Below, piece by piece: positions 1 to 10,917 of a DNA stretch of 40,570 nt. The notes beneath the pieces were generated by a model, which saw only the letters and a program-made list of their open reading frames with translations, did no database searches and had not been told where the DNA came from. Within the stretch, counting starts at the first letter, position 1, and every line of letters starts with the position of its first letter. The DNA is from Craspedostauros australis. Its lineage: Eukaryota. The stretch lies in assembly GCA_030167865.1 (NCBI GenBank), contig JALAGF010004248.1, positions 1 through 40,570 of the forward strand, read 5' to 3'. A program made the position numbers and the translations under genes.

Positions 1-1
1 G

Positions 2-1534
2 TCGTGTCAGTACATCTACGGCGAGAAGCCCATTCTATTGACTGTGTCGTCGACTCCAAATGAGTCTTCGTCATCTCCACCACTGGCAACAAAGTTGTGC
101 AAGAATCTTGCGTCCATGGGGTCCCGTGCGCCCCTGATGGATGGAACCAACCCAACCATCATCGATCTTTCGCGGCTGTCAACATCGGCAGCAGATTTAC
201 CAACGTCAACGCAAACAACAAGCTACCAATCCGTCACGGACAGTTTTCCGACTGCGAGGTATGTTGTTTCGGTCGTTTTCAAGACCAATCACCAATGTAA
301 CTATGATCTGAACAAATCGAACCGAATTCCAACCTGGCGCACGCATCGGCATGAAACTGACATCATCATCATGAACGAGCACTTCCAGCCTCTTGCAATG
401 TCGACCATCGAAACACCGACGTCGATACTCCCCACGGAGGAGATTCCGAAAGGACCACATAACTCTCTGCCACCGATGATCCACGCTGAGATGGATGATA
501 GCCGACTGTTCGTGCACGACTCGCAGCTGTGGGTGTCGTACAGGAAGTATGCCAGAGGTGAATTGCATAGGCAATCCATGTCTCCGCTGCAATTCTTCGT
601 GGCAGAGAGCACAGGCGACCTGCTAAGAAAAGCGTCAGCACAAGAAACGAAGACGAAAGTTCTGAAAGTTGCGTTGAAGGAGCAAATGGGCATGACGTAT
701 GGCCGAAACATGCCGGTCCTCGAGCAGCCACGGAATCAGAAATCTACGCCATCAACATGGTCGCCATCACGATTGCAATTCCTGCAGTGGTTGGACCCAA
801 TTTGGGTGCAGACGCTTGATTTGAGCTCGGTGTTCCCAAATGCCTCCCCTTCGCCGTTGGAATCCACGGTCGACGGAGGAGCTGCGGCAGCAGAAGCAGA
901 CCCACAGCAACCTCGGCCACCTCGTCTGGCGCAACCATCTATCAAAATGTTCGAACTGGAGGCAAATCGTCATGAAAACAATGGTGCTGTCGCTACGCGG
1001 CGCAAGGTTGACTTCCGCATGCATAATCCGCCCAACTTCGCAAAGCCAAAGTTCCATGGAACACCCGGCGTCATGTTGTACATCGCCGGATGGAACGAGT
1101 ACTTCGGAATGGGCCATTTCAATCGAGAGGAAAAAGCACAAGGTGACAGCGTTCACGGCAACCATGGGCACCACTACACTCACTCGTTCTTCACCATTGG
1201 CATGGATCCAGATGGACACTATTCCCTGCGACGACTATCGCAGGAGTTCGTGTTCCCATCGCAGCACACTCCGCACGACGCGGACGTCGTTCAGTTTGCC
1301 AGCGGAATGGAATCGATCTTTGATAGTGATGGTGATGGTGACGGTCGCGGTGGCAGCAAGTCAGCTGACTTCCCATCCAAGCTGCTGATATCGTACGGTA
1401 TCAACGACTGCGAGTCGGCCGTCGTAACTGTTGATTGGAAGACTGTGACCTCGCTGTTGCGACCTGTAGACTCGTCGAGTGGGAAGAAGGAGGCGCATGA
1501 TCTGATGGGATTTGTCGATGAATGGAAGGCGTAG
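2..1534 (+). CDS. 5'-truncated putative five-bladed beta-propeller glycoenzyme (GH130/GT91-like), paralogue 1 of 3
   Basis: The frame is open from base 2 (SCQYIYGEKPILL..., matching YIYGEKPILL in the 27681 paralogue), so the true start lies left of the window. Shares MDGTNP, DDxRLFVHDS, GRNM, QWLDP, FHGT, HHYTH, SQEFVFPSQHTP, QFASG and SYGINDCE with the ORFs at 24345 and 27681. Confidence 0.85.
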   Translation, partial: SCQYIYGEKPILLTVSSTPNESSSSPPLATKLCKNLASMGSRAPLMDGTNPTIIDLSRLSTSAADLPTSTQTTSYQSVTDSFPTARYVVSVVFKTNHQCNYDLNKSNRIPTWRTHRHETDIIIMNEHFQPLAMSTIETPTSILPTEEIPKGPHNSLPPMIHAEMDDSRLFVHDSQLWVSYRKYARGELHRQSMSPLQFFVAESTGDLLRKASAQETKTKVLKVALKEQMGMTYGRNMPVLEQPRNQKSTPSTWSPSRLQFLQWLDPIWVQTLDLSSVFPNASPSPLESTVDGGAAAAEADPQQPRPPRLAQPSIKMFELEANRHENNGAVATRRKVDFRMHNPPNFAKPKFHGTPGVMLYIAGWNEYFGMGHFNREEKAQGDSVHGNHGHHYTHSFFTIGMDPDGHYSLRRLSQEFVFPSQHTPHDADVVQFASGMESIFDSDGDGDGRGGSKSADFPSKLLISYGINDCESAVVTVDWKTVTSLLRPVDSSSGKKEAHDLMGFVDEWKA

Positions 1535-1957
1535 AAGACACAGAAAGACGTGGGAGAAAGGCAGGAGATGCCCGAGGACTCTCGCACATTGTATACATAC
1601 AGCATTCCAATTGAATTCCAATCCTCATGACTAGTCTTTGCACCAATGAAAAAGATCAAGGCGGGCCGTGGTTGTGAAACGATTCACTGGCCCTACCAAT
1701 ACATCAGAGTTTGCTGCGCACTTCCAAAGCATCGTCGCGTTCATGATTTGATCCTGACGTAGCTGAGCTCGTAGAAATTGATGATGGATGGCAGATACCA
1801 AACCCGTACTTCTGACGCTGCTGCTGCTCAAGACCTAACCAGCCTTCTAAAAAGAAGTAGCATGGCGTGCGAGGAGTGCATGCTTTCGCCAAGTTGCCCA
1901 ACACAGCTCTGGCCGCCGATAGGGTGATGAGTGTCAACAGATCGAAGCAAAAGAGAA

Positions 1958-2029
1958 TGTCCGCACTGGGAATCGAACCCAGCCTTTCACAACCACAATG
2001 TGAGGTACTAGCCACTATACGATGCAGAC
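1958..2029 (-). tRNA. tRNA-His (anticodon GTG), intronless
   Basis: Minus strand reads GTCTGCATCGTATAGTGGCTAGTACCTCACATTGTGGTTGTGAAAGGCTGGGTTCGATTCCCAGTGCGGACA. Acceptor stem GTCTGCA/TGCGGAC, anticodon arm TCACA-TTGTGGT-TGTGA, T arm CTGGG-TTCGATT-CCCAG, discriminator A, TTTT Pol III terminator at 1952-1949. G-1 is not encoded (base -1 is A). Confidence 0.96.
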
Positions 2030-2380
2030 TGGACAGCTTTTCCACTTGTCGCTGCTGTTCTATGGCCGAAAATTTTGCCTCATGTATTCAAATATGCGAT
2101 TTCCAACTATTTTCGAACGATTCTCATCTTGCTCGATTCCTTACAAAATGGACACGTTGGTTGCAAGACCAGAAGAGAGCCTCTGGGTGCTACTCGACCA
2201 ACAAGATGGTTGCTACCACCACAGCTTCCCTATGCCGATAATGTCGGAGAGACTTGCGATCTATACATCTTCCCCCGAGAAGCCGCTGTAGCGTCGTCTC
2301 GCAATGTTATCATCCTTGTACGAGGAGGCTCTTTTTCTTCCAGCGCCGCGCGGTGTCATGGGATCTGGTTTGGCTGTTTC

Positions 2381-2402
2381 TGTTGTTGTTGTTGTTGTTG
2401 TT
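2381..2402. repeat. (TGT)n microsatellite
   Basis: tgttgttgttgttgttgttgtt read directly. Confidence 0.9.
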
Positions 2403-3435
2403 CCATCGAAGATCAGATTCTCGTGGACTGGAACAACTTCCATGACCGTTTTGGGCCACTTCGGAAGCACAAAAGAACGGCCTGTTCAACATCGATGGAC
2501 ACAACTTCCTGGCATTCAAACAGGATCAATGGAAAATCTAGACATGTCGAGCACCCTTTGTGAGCGGCGGAGTGTGCGAATGTGAAGCAGACAACTTGAT
2601 TTGAATAATGATAATTTTGTAGACGGTTCCCAAAGGCCGACAATGGTTTGGGTTATGAATGACCGCCGTACAGTCCGCAACGCAGATCGAGTGACCGGGA
2701 ACAGAAAGCGCAAGAGTATCAACAGAAACTCTGTCGGGTGGACCGCAGCGAATCGTCGCAGTGATGGTGAGATGCATGAATGGATGGTGGTGGGATGCTG
2801 TCATCACTGCTGGACGAAAATCTGATGCCTTTTGGTGGGTGGGAAGTTTGTTGTAGCTCATGGGTGCACTGACGTGTGTGTGTACGGGACATGAGATGGA
2901 GGGAGCCGTTTTTTGAATTCGGAAGTCGTGGATGGCTTCGCGATTTCGCCGAAAGACTGATTGGGACGTGAAAGTCCCGTGCAGCGTTGAGTTGGAGGAA
3001 TGTCCGTGAAATGACCAAGAAGGAAGAACAAGGTCTCTCCCGCCTCCAGTGCCACAAACGGCTGCCACCACAGCCGTTTCCGCCTTCTCGATCGGTTTCT
3101 GAAATTCTTGGTCGTCGTTTTTGCAGTTTTTGTGTGTGGATGTCGTGGTCTGAATCAAAACCGAATCCTCCTTGACATCATCATCATCAACGACAGTAAC
3201 AACAACGCAACACGACACCCTGGCAACATGCAGCACACAAATACACAAACGCACAACACCTCACAACACAAGACACAACAGAAACTCGAACTCAACTGAA
3301 ACCCAAACACCCGCACCAGCACAACAACAGCCGCGTTTACAAGTACGAACACACAAGCACGGACCAACAATCCACCAAGACGACAGACCGCATCAAGAGG
3401 TGACCAAGAAGTCAGCACAAGTCAGCAGACAGAAG

Positions 3436-3968
3436 GTAAGCACGACACATGATCGTTGTCAATGGGCAAACCTGTTCTCATGGGGTGGGTGGAGGCGGCG
3501 CCGCTGTGAAGGCAGACCTTCCAGTTCCGATCGTTCATCGTGGGCATCAGCAGAGCAGAGCAGAACCTAACTGACCAGAGCTAAGCTGGGCTGAGCTGAC
3601 GACTGTGCCGTCACATGGTCGTGGCTTGTGATCTTTCTGGATTGCAGACTGTCGCTCCATGGAAGAAGCATTTGGAGCAGTCAGCGTGTTTGCATCCCAC
3701 TCTCACACGACCAAGATTAACGGCGCACTTCTGGCGGTTGCTTCCGCTTCCGTTTCTGGCTGGAATTCTGTCTCCAAACTGACGGTGTCGCTGACGCCTC
3801 CATTCCGTGTTCATCCCTGTTCTCATCCATCCTCACCCTTCCTTGTTGATCTTCCATTGCCTGCCCCACGCACGTACGACTACTTTCGTCCTCTTCACTG
3901 CGCTGTGCTCTGTTCATCTCCCTTTCTCCGCCACAACATTCCCACAATCCCATCTCATAAAATCGCAG
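3436..3968 (+). other. possible 5'-UTR intron of the 4055 gene
   Basis: Strong donor AAG|GTAAGC at 3436 after a CA-rich leader-like stretch (3170-3435). Pyrimidine-rich 3' half, acceptor CGCAG at 3968, 87 nt before the ATG at 4055. Confidence 0.4.
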
Positions 3969-4054
3969 AAGACACAACAGCCGCATCTACTATACGACCA
4001 CAAGCCCGATCGACCCGAACAACCCCAACTTGACACACTCTCAATTCATTCACC

Positions 4055-4936
4055 ATGTATCACTTCCGCACAGGCCCATACCCGTCTCCGTTGGATGATC
4101 AGCGACAAGATCACAGCCAAACAAATCAAAGCCAGCTGCGTCAGGAACCGCAATACGCATCGTCGCCGTCAAGGTCGCAGCGAGCAGGACCGAATGGACG
4201 TCAGGATTCGGCCCGAGGCATGGTGTCTCGTCCGCACAATGCGGGTCCGACCATGATCTCCGGATCCATCAGCGAGGCGCCCGCCTTCACACGCTCCAAG
4301 ACTGATGTGTCAGATGAGGCGCTCGAGCTCGGCAGGACTTGGACAGGAGGCCTCCTCACGCGAAAGCGAAGCAGCGACAAGCGCAACCAGGCCAGCCGCG
4401 CACGTGCCAAGGAGCTCAGCGACCGGTACGAGCTCAGCGAGGTCAAGAAGAGTGACCTCAACAAGAAGAAGGGCGTCTTCATCACCTCCAGCTCCAGCGC
4501 CGGATCCTCCTCCCTCGGTGGCAACATGATGACCATGAACCAGGCGATGGCCAACATCTACGTCGCCGAAAAGAAGGACAAGGAGCGCAAGGAAAAGCAG
4601 GGCGATCCGCTCGAGCTCAACGACGAGATCCGCGCGCGCAACCGCAAGCAGATCCTCAAGAGGACATCATCGTCCGAGCGAAGATCGCGCAAGTACCAGA
4701 GATCTCCACCCAGGACGCCCGATATCTCGCCGGCATCATCCTACGGTTCCGATCAGGATAGCGTGGAGGTCGTGGCCATCGGTTCCATGTCGGCGACGAC
4801 GTCTGCATCTATCGTTCCACCCACGCTCGCTACCGTGCAGTACATGAAGCCTTCGAACAATCTATCGTCGTCGCCATCGAAGGGAGGATACCGCGCATCC
4901 AACGGCGTCGTCTATCATCTTCCGAATCTGTGCTAA
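4055..4936 (+). CDS. hypothetical basic, Ser/Arg-rich protein (293 aa)
   Basis: caccATG start context and strong C/G third-position codon bias as in neighbouring real genes. No domain recognised. Confidence 0.75.
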   Translation: MYHFRTGPYPSPLDDQRQDHSQTNQSQLRQEPQYASSPSRSQRAGPNGRQDSARGMVSRPHNAGPTMISGSISEAPAFTRSKTDVSDEALELGRTWTGGLLTRKRSSDKRNQASRARAKELSDRYELSEVKKSDLNKKKGVFITSSSSAGSSSLGGNMMTMNQAMANIYVAEKKDKERKEKQGDPLELNDEIRARNRKQILKRTSSSERRSRKYQRSPPRTPDISPASSYGSDQDSVEVVAIGSMSATTSASIVPPTLATVQYMKPSNNLSSSPSKGGYRASNGVVYHLPNLC

Positions 4937-5649
4937 CCTGATCAGTACATCCATCCATACCAGCACAAACCTTCATGCAACAACAAGAAAATGATCCACG
5001 CGCATCCATCGAAGCATTTGCCTGCTCGACGGATGGCGCGAGACAAGATTGGACGGCCGATAAAACATGAATGTCGGCATCGTTGACCGAACAATAAGCA
5101 ATAAAATTACAGCATGCAAGCAATAATTAATTCATGAATATCCACCAACAATATCCCTCATTATTTGTCATGACCGCGCGGTATGGTCGTCAACCCAATG
5201 AATGGATAGATGTTTGACCATGAGAGGAAGTTGCTCGATCGCAGCGCGTTGTGTGGAAGTTCGTCATGTCTGGAATGAATGGTTGTGGAAGGAAAAACAT
5301 GAACAGAGAGAAACAGTCACGATGAATCACAGTGGTTGACGGCGGCATGGTTCCATCTCGGACATCCTATTAGTAAGTCCCTTATTGATAAAACAATTTG
5401 CATTTCTATTGTGGCTCAACATATCACATATTATGTCTGTAAATACGTACGGAGAAATCGCCACAAGAACTGCACGTTTGGATGCCCATTTCGACAAACG
5501 CCGCAACTCCCTTCACGCTCGTCTCCCACAATTGCGTTCCGCCACTTTGCAACGACAACACCACCACACCACACAAGATCCTCCAACGGCGCCCACAAGA
5601 GATTGATTCATTCATTTGATTCATCTGATGCAGTGATTGATTGGCAACC

Positions 5650-6887
5650 ATGGCTGGTAACTTTGTGGACGATGAGCGCTTCGATGGGCTGTACTTGAAC
5701 GTCGCCCAGACGACAAGAGGTGAGCTTGCTTCCACTTCGCCGTGTTTCGTGTTTGATTGCGTTCGATTCTTGTATGGTTGCTGTGATCCTCGCATGCGCT
5801 GACGGTGCCACCTCTTCCCTCCCTCCCTCCTTCTACCTATCCCTCGATACAACTCGACAACAACTCAGGCATCGAGCCACTTCTGGACACCGTGTTCTCC
5901 TTCCTGCGACGCAAGACGGACTTCTTTGCGGGGCCTCCGGGCGCGGACGACGGAACGGAAGCTGCAATCGCCAAGGTCCAGCAGGTGCTTCAGAAGCACG
6001 CCGAGCGATACCAGAAGGAGCATCCAAGCAAGAAGCCGAGCATCAAGAAGGCAGCCGCAAAGGTAGCGGAGAAGAGCAAAGTGTCCGAGAAGGAAGCGAA
6101 GAAGGAAGCAGAGGATGTCATCGAAATGGGAGCGGGTGGTGGCTTTGACATCTCGGAGCAAAAGCAGCAGCAGCAACCACAAAAGACGCAGAAACAGCCA
6201 CCATCCGCAACTCAATCGCAACCCGGCAAACCAGAAGCGACTACAAAGAAAGAACCAAAGGACGACAAAGAAGATGCTCCGAAAGGAACGAAGGATGACG
6301 CTCCCAAGGAAGCCAAAACAACCACCAGCAACGATGACGAAAACGACGACGCCGATTCGCCTGTGATCATTGACAATGGAATCGACGTGCCAGGGAGATA
6401 CGTCTGGACCCAAACGCTGTCCGAGTTGTCGGTCAGCATCCCGGTACCGGACAACACGCGTGGCCGCGATCTCAACGTCACCATTGCACGCAACCATCTC
6501 AAGGCGGCGTTGCGTTCCGCGGACAAAGGCGAATACCTCATCAACGCGCCCCTCACAAAGACCATCATCTGCGACGATTCCTTCTGGACCATCGAGGACG
6601 GTAATCGCCTCGCCATCAACCTCCAAAAACTCAATCAGATGGAGTGGTGGGACTCCGTGTGCCAGGACGATCCCGTCAAGCTCAACGTGCAGAAGATCCA
6701 ACCCGAGAGCTCCAAGCTCGGCGAGCTCGATGGGGAGACCCGGCAGACGGTGGAGAAGATGATGTACGATCAGCGCCAGAAGGCCATGGGGCTGCCATCC
6801 AGCGACGAGGAGGCCAAGCTCAATGCGTTGGAGCGGTTCAAGAAACAGCATCCCGAGATGGATTTTTCCAATGCTAAGATGTCGTAG
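5650..6887 (+). CDS. NUDC: nuclear migration protein NudC (CS/p23-domain co-chaperone), 362 aa, join(5650..5719,5869..6887)
   Basis: Exon 1 MAGNFVDDERFDGLYLNVAQTTR splices (G|GTGAG...CAG|GC) onto GIEPLLDTVFSFLRRKTDFF, the NudC N-terminal motif. CS domain YVWTQTLSEL...SFWTIEDG...LQKLNQMEWW and C-terminal LDGETRQTVEKMMYDQRQKAMGLP...HPEMDFSNAK. Confidence 0.95.
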
Positions 6888-7301
6888 GTATCGCAGAGTA
6901 AGCACGAGTAAGCTGGACAGCGTACTCTTGTCCGGAACTGTGCGTTGCTGCCATCGTAGCGTACGAGTAGAGCATGCGGTTGTCTATTTGTAGTACTAGT
7001 TTCTAGAGCATAGCATGCTATTAACGTCAACTTCGCGGCCAGAGGATAAGGATCAAGGATGTGTGACTGGCTTGCAGAGCTCATCTTGTGTTCCATGAGT
7101 ATGGTGAAGCCGATCGTACGAGTATGATGGCAGCGATGAGAGAGATTTTGGCAAACAGCCGTCATAGCCGTCATCACCGTCGCGTCGAAAAATGTTCTCC
7201 TATCTCCAGTTCTTCGTTGCATACTCGTACCTACCTAGTCTACATCATAGCGTAGCACAACGCAGCACGGCGCGATGTGAAGCAGAGGCAGTCTTTCCTC
7301 T

Positions 7302-9164
7302 TCAATGATGATGATGGTGCTGATGTCGCAAACGCAACTCCCGTTCTTCCGGCGTCTCAAAGAATTTCTGCAGCACGTCAAAGGTGGTGAAGCTGATGGA
7401 GAATGCCACGGGGCCCTTGAACCAGTTCATGCTGACGCCCTTGAAGAACCCTCGCAGGCCCTGTTCTGCGTACAAATCGGCGATTAACGACCTCATGGTG
7501 GGCGGAACCGTTGGGGATCGGGCGCTTGTTGTTGTCTTTGTTTTGGTGTTGCCGGACAGCACGCCCACCGCCGCGTCGCTGCCCTGCGTTGCCACGATCC
7601 CGATGGTCTGCATCCGCCGTCTCGTCACCTCCAACGGATACGTCAGGGATTGTGCCAGCAACCCCGAAAGGGCTCCGCATTGCATCCGTTCTATCGTCGT
7701 CAATTCGCGTCGTGTCATCGTTTGGATCTGCAGAGTGTTGTCGTTGATGATACAAGGATTCGGAAAGCGAGGCGCAGAGAGAAGCGCGTAGTGAAGAGAA
7801 GTGTGGACGCAAAGGGGAATCGTCGATTGTAAGGGAACACGCAATGTAGTCATACATGATCGTTTCGTTTAGAATGATTGCGACGCAAACACTGCTTCAG
7901 CCCAATCCAACGGATTGCAATCCAGCCCAATGCAACACTCTGCACTCAGTACGCCCAATCATACCAGTACACTCCATCCAACATCCCGCACGCGATCATA
8001 TCAAATGGTATTGAAACGCAACTCCACCCTGCTGACAGACATGTCGCAAACTTCATTCCACGCACCTTTCTCTTTGCTTGTTCATTGAGCGCAAACGCAA
8101 CGCCCGAATACGGTAGGATGCCCAAGAGCGTTGGTGAAATGCCTCGAAACAGTCCCGACAGTCCCTGCGTGAGATAAAATGCGAATGCACGTGTGAGTGG
8201 GTGGGTAACGAATGCAATGCATCCGAATCAAAGCAAAGTACTGCAGATACAGCGAAGCATTCACGCAATCAATGAACCCATCAACATTGCATCGAAAAAA
8301 CACACGACTCACCCTGCGTTGATAATTGGCATAGAATACCTCGGTGAATGTCGCTGTGTGCTGCTGCTGCAACGCTCCACCCGGCTTCTTACGCAACACG
8401 GCCAACTGCGCTCTCGTCAGATCCAAGGGATACGTCGCGATGACGGATGTGACGCCCGCCACCATGCCCGCACATAGACTCTCCATCGGCGAGATGTGGG
8501 CATGCGCATGATGCTGGTGTCCATGTTGCTGATGCAAGATCCATGACTTGCACCGATCAAAGACCATGAACTGGATGCCGCTGTAGGGAAAGACGCGAAT
8601 GAGGGTGGCCAGATTGCCCTTCCACAAGGCCGAGACGCCTTCCTCGGCCACGATCTTTTTGACGACGGTGGGCATGTCGCGGATGTGGAACTCGGCGCTG
8701 GAAATCTGATAGAGGATCTTGATGCGATCCATGGGCGCGACGATGGATTTGGCAATCATTCCGGCGAGGCCGCCGGCCAGGAGGTTGCGCAGTTCTTTGG
8801 GGAGGTTGTTGGTGATGGAGAGTATGGAGTTGGTGCTGTCGTCGTGCGTGGATGCGTGAGCCGGTAGGGCGTGCACCTCCTGCTCGTAATGCAAGGAAGT
8901 GGTGGCGGAGATGAGATCGATGATGGGATTGGGAGTCTCCGACTCTACCTCGTGATCATCGATGATTTCCATCTCCATCTCCTCCATCACCATGGTTGTG
9001 CTGCCTCGTTCGTCTGATGCTGCATCATCCCTTGCAATCGTAGCATTGTCAGCATTGGCAGTATTGGCAGTATTGTCGGTGTTGTCGGTGCTGGCTGGAG
9101 CACCTTCTGCACCGATGACGCCTTTCTGACAACCCTTCTCACCAGCCGTCCCTTCAGCGACCAT
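7302..9164 (-). CDS. mitochondrial carrier, CoA transporter-like (SLC25A42/Leu5/GDC clade), ~458 aa, complement(join(7302..7727,8066..8164,8313..9164))
   Basis: Three carrier signatures PMDRIK, PLDLTR and PLEVTR. Also WKGNLATLIRVFPYSGIQF, FRGISPTLLGILPYSGVAF and FFKGVSMNWFKGPVAFSISF. Two phase-0 GT-AG introns (8312-8165, 8065-7728) join three ORF fragments in frame. Start codon uncertain. Confidence 0.9.
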
Positions 9165-9551
9165 CTTGACTCTGTCTCTGTCTCTCCTTCCAACTGATTG
9201 CGACGACAACTGCGATTACGTCTGGCCTGTTTGTATCTTTGCGACACCACCCGCTCTTCTCTGTCTGTCTATTTGGTCTTTCTTGCTTGATTCCTTGCTT
9301 TCTAGTGTGTTATATTGTGTTATATTACTTATCATATTATGTTACAATGCTTCGCCAATGTCCTCTCTCTCTCTCTCTCTCTTGCCGTCGCTTGCGGATG
9401 TGTCGTGCCAGACTCTGTTCCAAACACAAACCCGCTTCGCTCTGCGCAGATGCCAATGTCGGCGCACAAGAAGATGCCCAACACCAAACACCAAAAATGA
9501 ATGAAATGGGAATTTTCGAATGTCCCTATCAACGGCGAAGGCCTGATGTCT

Positions 9552-9617
9552 CGTGACGTCACGGGTGACGCTTCGGTTTCTTGAGTCAACGGAGTCAATA
9601 GTCGTTGGTGCTGACTC
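9552..9617. promoter_or_regulatory. cluster of bZIP-type sites in a divergent promoter
   Basis: Perfect 12-bp palindrome CGTGACGTCACG (9552-9563), GTGACG (9565-9570), TTGAGTCAA (9581-9589) and further GAGTCA/TGACTC half-sites, between the divergent starts at 9164(-) and 9889(+). Confidence 0.4.
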
Positions 9618-9888
9618 GACGGACCAAATCTCTCCGTTCCACCTGTCACAAGTTCGACGCACTCACCAAATCGCTCGTTGTTGTTCTCGTTTCTGCTCTC
9701 GTTTCTTGTTTGGGTTCCTTTCTCTCCAGTTGTGTGGTGCGCAAGGTTGGAGGTGCAGTCAAGGCAAGGTTGGATTGTGGATGCCAATGGCGATGATGAT
9801 GTTGGTGGAGGTCGTCATCCGCTCCTGAAGAAGAAGACTCTACAACGAATACAGCAACGTAAACAAACGCATCAATCCATTCACCAAC

Positions 9889-10383
9889 ATGAAGCTCTCC
9901 ACCTTGTCTTGCATCGCCGCGATCGCGTCATCGGCCTCCGCCTTCCAGGTGGCCATGCCATCGGCGACGCGCGCTGTCACCACCCTCGGCATGTTCGGAG
10001 GCGCCGGCGCCGGTGCTCCCAAGGAGGACGACGCGGCCGAGAGAGAGCAGACGGAGAAGAACGCCAAGGCCATGGGCATGAGCGTCGAGGAGTACCAGGT
10101 GGCCATGAACGCGCGCCAGGAGCTCTCCAGGACCATGGACGAGACCAGGGTGTCGGGCGGCAACAAGGACAAGGTCGCGGTCGAGAGGGATCTCAACAAC
10201 CCACCCAAGACTCTCGAGATCACCATCACGCAGGCTGGCAAGGATCAGGGAGCGGAGGCGCTTTCCAAGGATCTCGTCAAGGCCCTCAAGACGGCCTCGG
10301 AGGCCAGCAAGACGGGCAGGGCGGAGGCGCAGAAGCAGATGATGAGCTACATTCAGGGGCAGATCAAGGACGGCAGCGCCTAA
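9889..10383 (+). CDS. plastid-targeted YbaB/EbfC-like (nucleoid-associated/STIC2-like) protein, 164 aa
   Basis: Signal peptide ending ASA-FQV plus transit peptide. Mature part has a helix - short beta region (VSGGNKDKVAVERDLNNPPKTLEITIT) - helix (GAEALSKDLVKALKTASEAS) layout resembling YbaB/EbfC. The gene is secure; the family is inferred. Confidence 0.75.
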   Translation: MKLSTLSCIAAIASSASAFQVAMPSATRAVTTLGMFGGAGAGAPKEDDAAEREQTEKNAKAMGMSVEEYQVAMNARQELSRTMDETRVSGGNKDKVAVERDLNNPPKTLEITITQAGKDQGAEALSKDLVKALKTASEASKTGRAEAQKQMMSYIQGQIKDGSA

Positions 10384-10437
10384 ACAAAGAGACAGACAGA
10401 GACAGAGCGACTGAACCCTTTCAATGCCGATACAATG

Positions 10438-10470
10438 CACTGTCAATACACTGTCAATACACTGTCAACA
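10438..10470 (+). repeat. 11-bp tandem repeat x3 (CACTGTCAATA) in 3' UTR
   Basis: cactgtcaata cactgtcaata cactgtcaaca. Confidence 0.85.
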
Positions 10471-10917
10471 CAATGCTAATGCAACACTGATGCAACACTG
10501 GTGGAATGCTATCCACCCAGTTACTAGTATTAGTGTAGCAGGAACACACATGACTGTGCTAGCACTGGAGCACGGAGATGGTATCCTCAGCATGCTGTAG
10601 AAGTACATACTATATCATGCCAGTAGGACCAATCATCCAACAGCAGTACATAACACCGAGTCTGCCATTGCTGTACAACCAGTCTTGAGCATGCGGCCTG
10701 TTATTCTTTGTCTCTCTTTGGAGAGAGAGAGAGAAAGAGGTGTATTGTCAAGCCACAATTGTGCTAACTTTGACAATTCGTCTACTATAGAGTGGAACCA
10801 GATAACGTTGTTCCATCTATTAGTAGTATTTATTGTTGCTTTACTTTACTCTGCTTGCTGCATATGCCGTGCGTACCGCAGGGTACATACGCGTACACAT
10901 CACTTGCCAATCTCTCC

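Noticed and set aside
2075-3254. Several 100-240 aa ORFs between the tRNA and the 4055 gene
   Set aside because: Overlapping, microsatellite-driven, lacking the codon bias of real genes and any motif.
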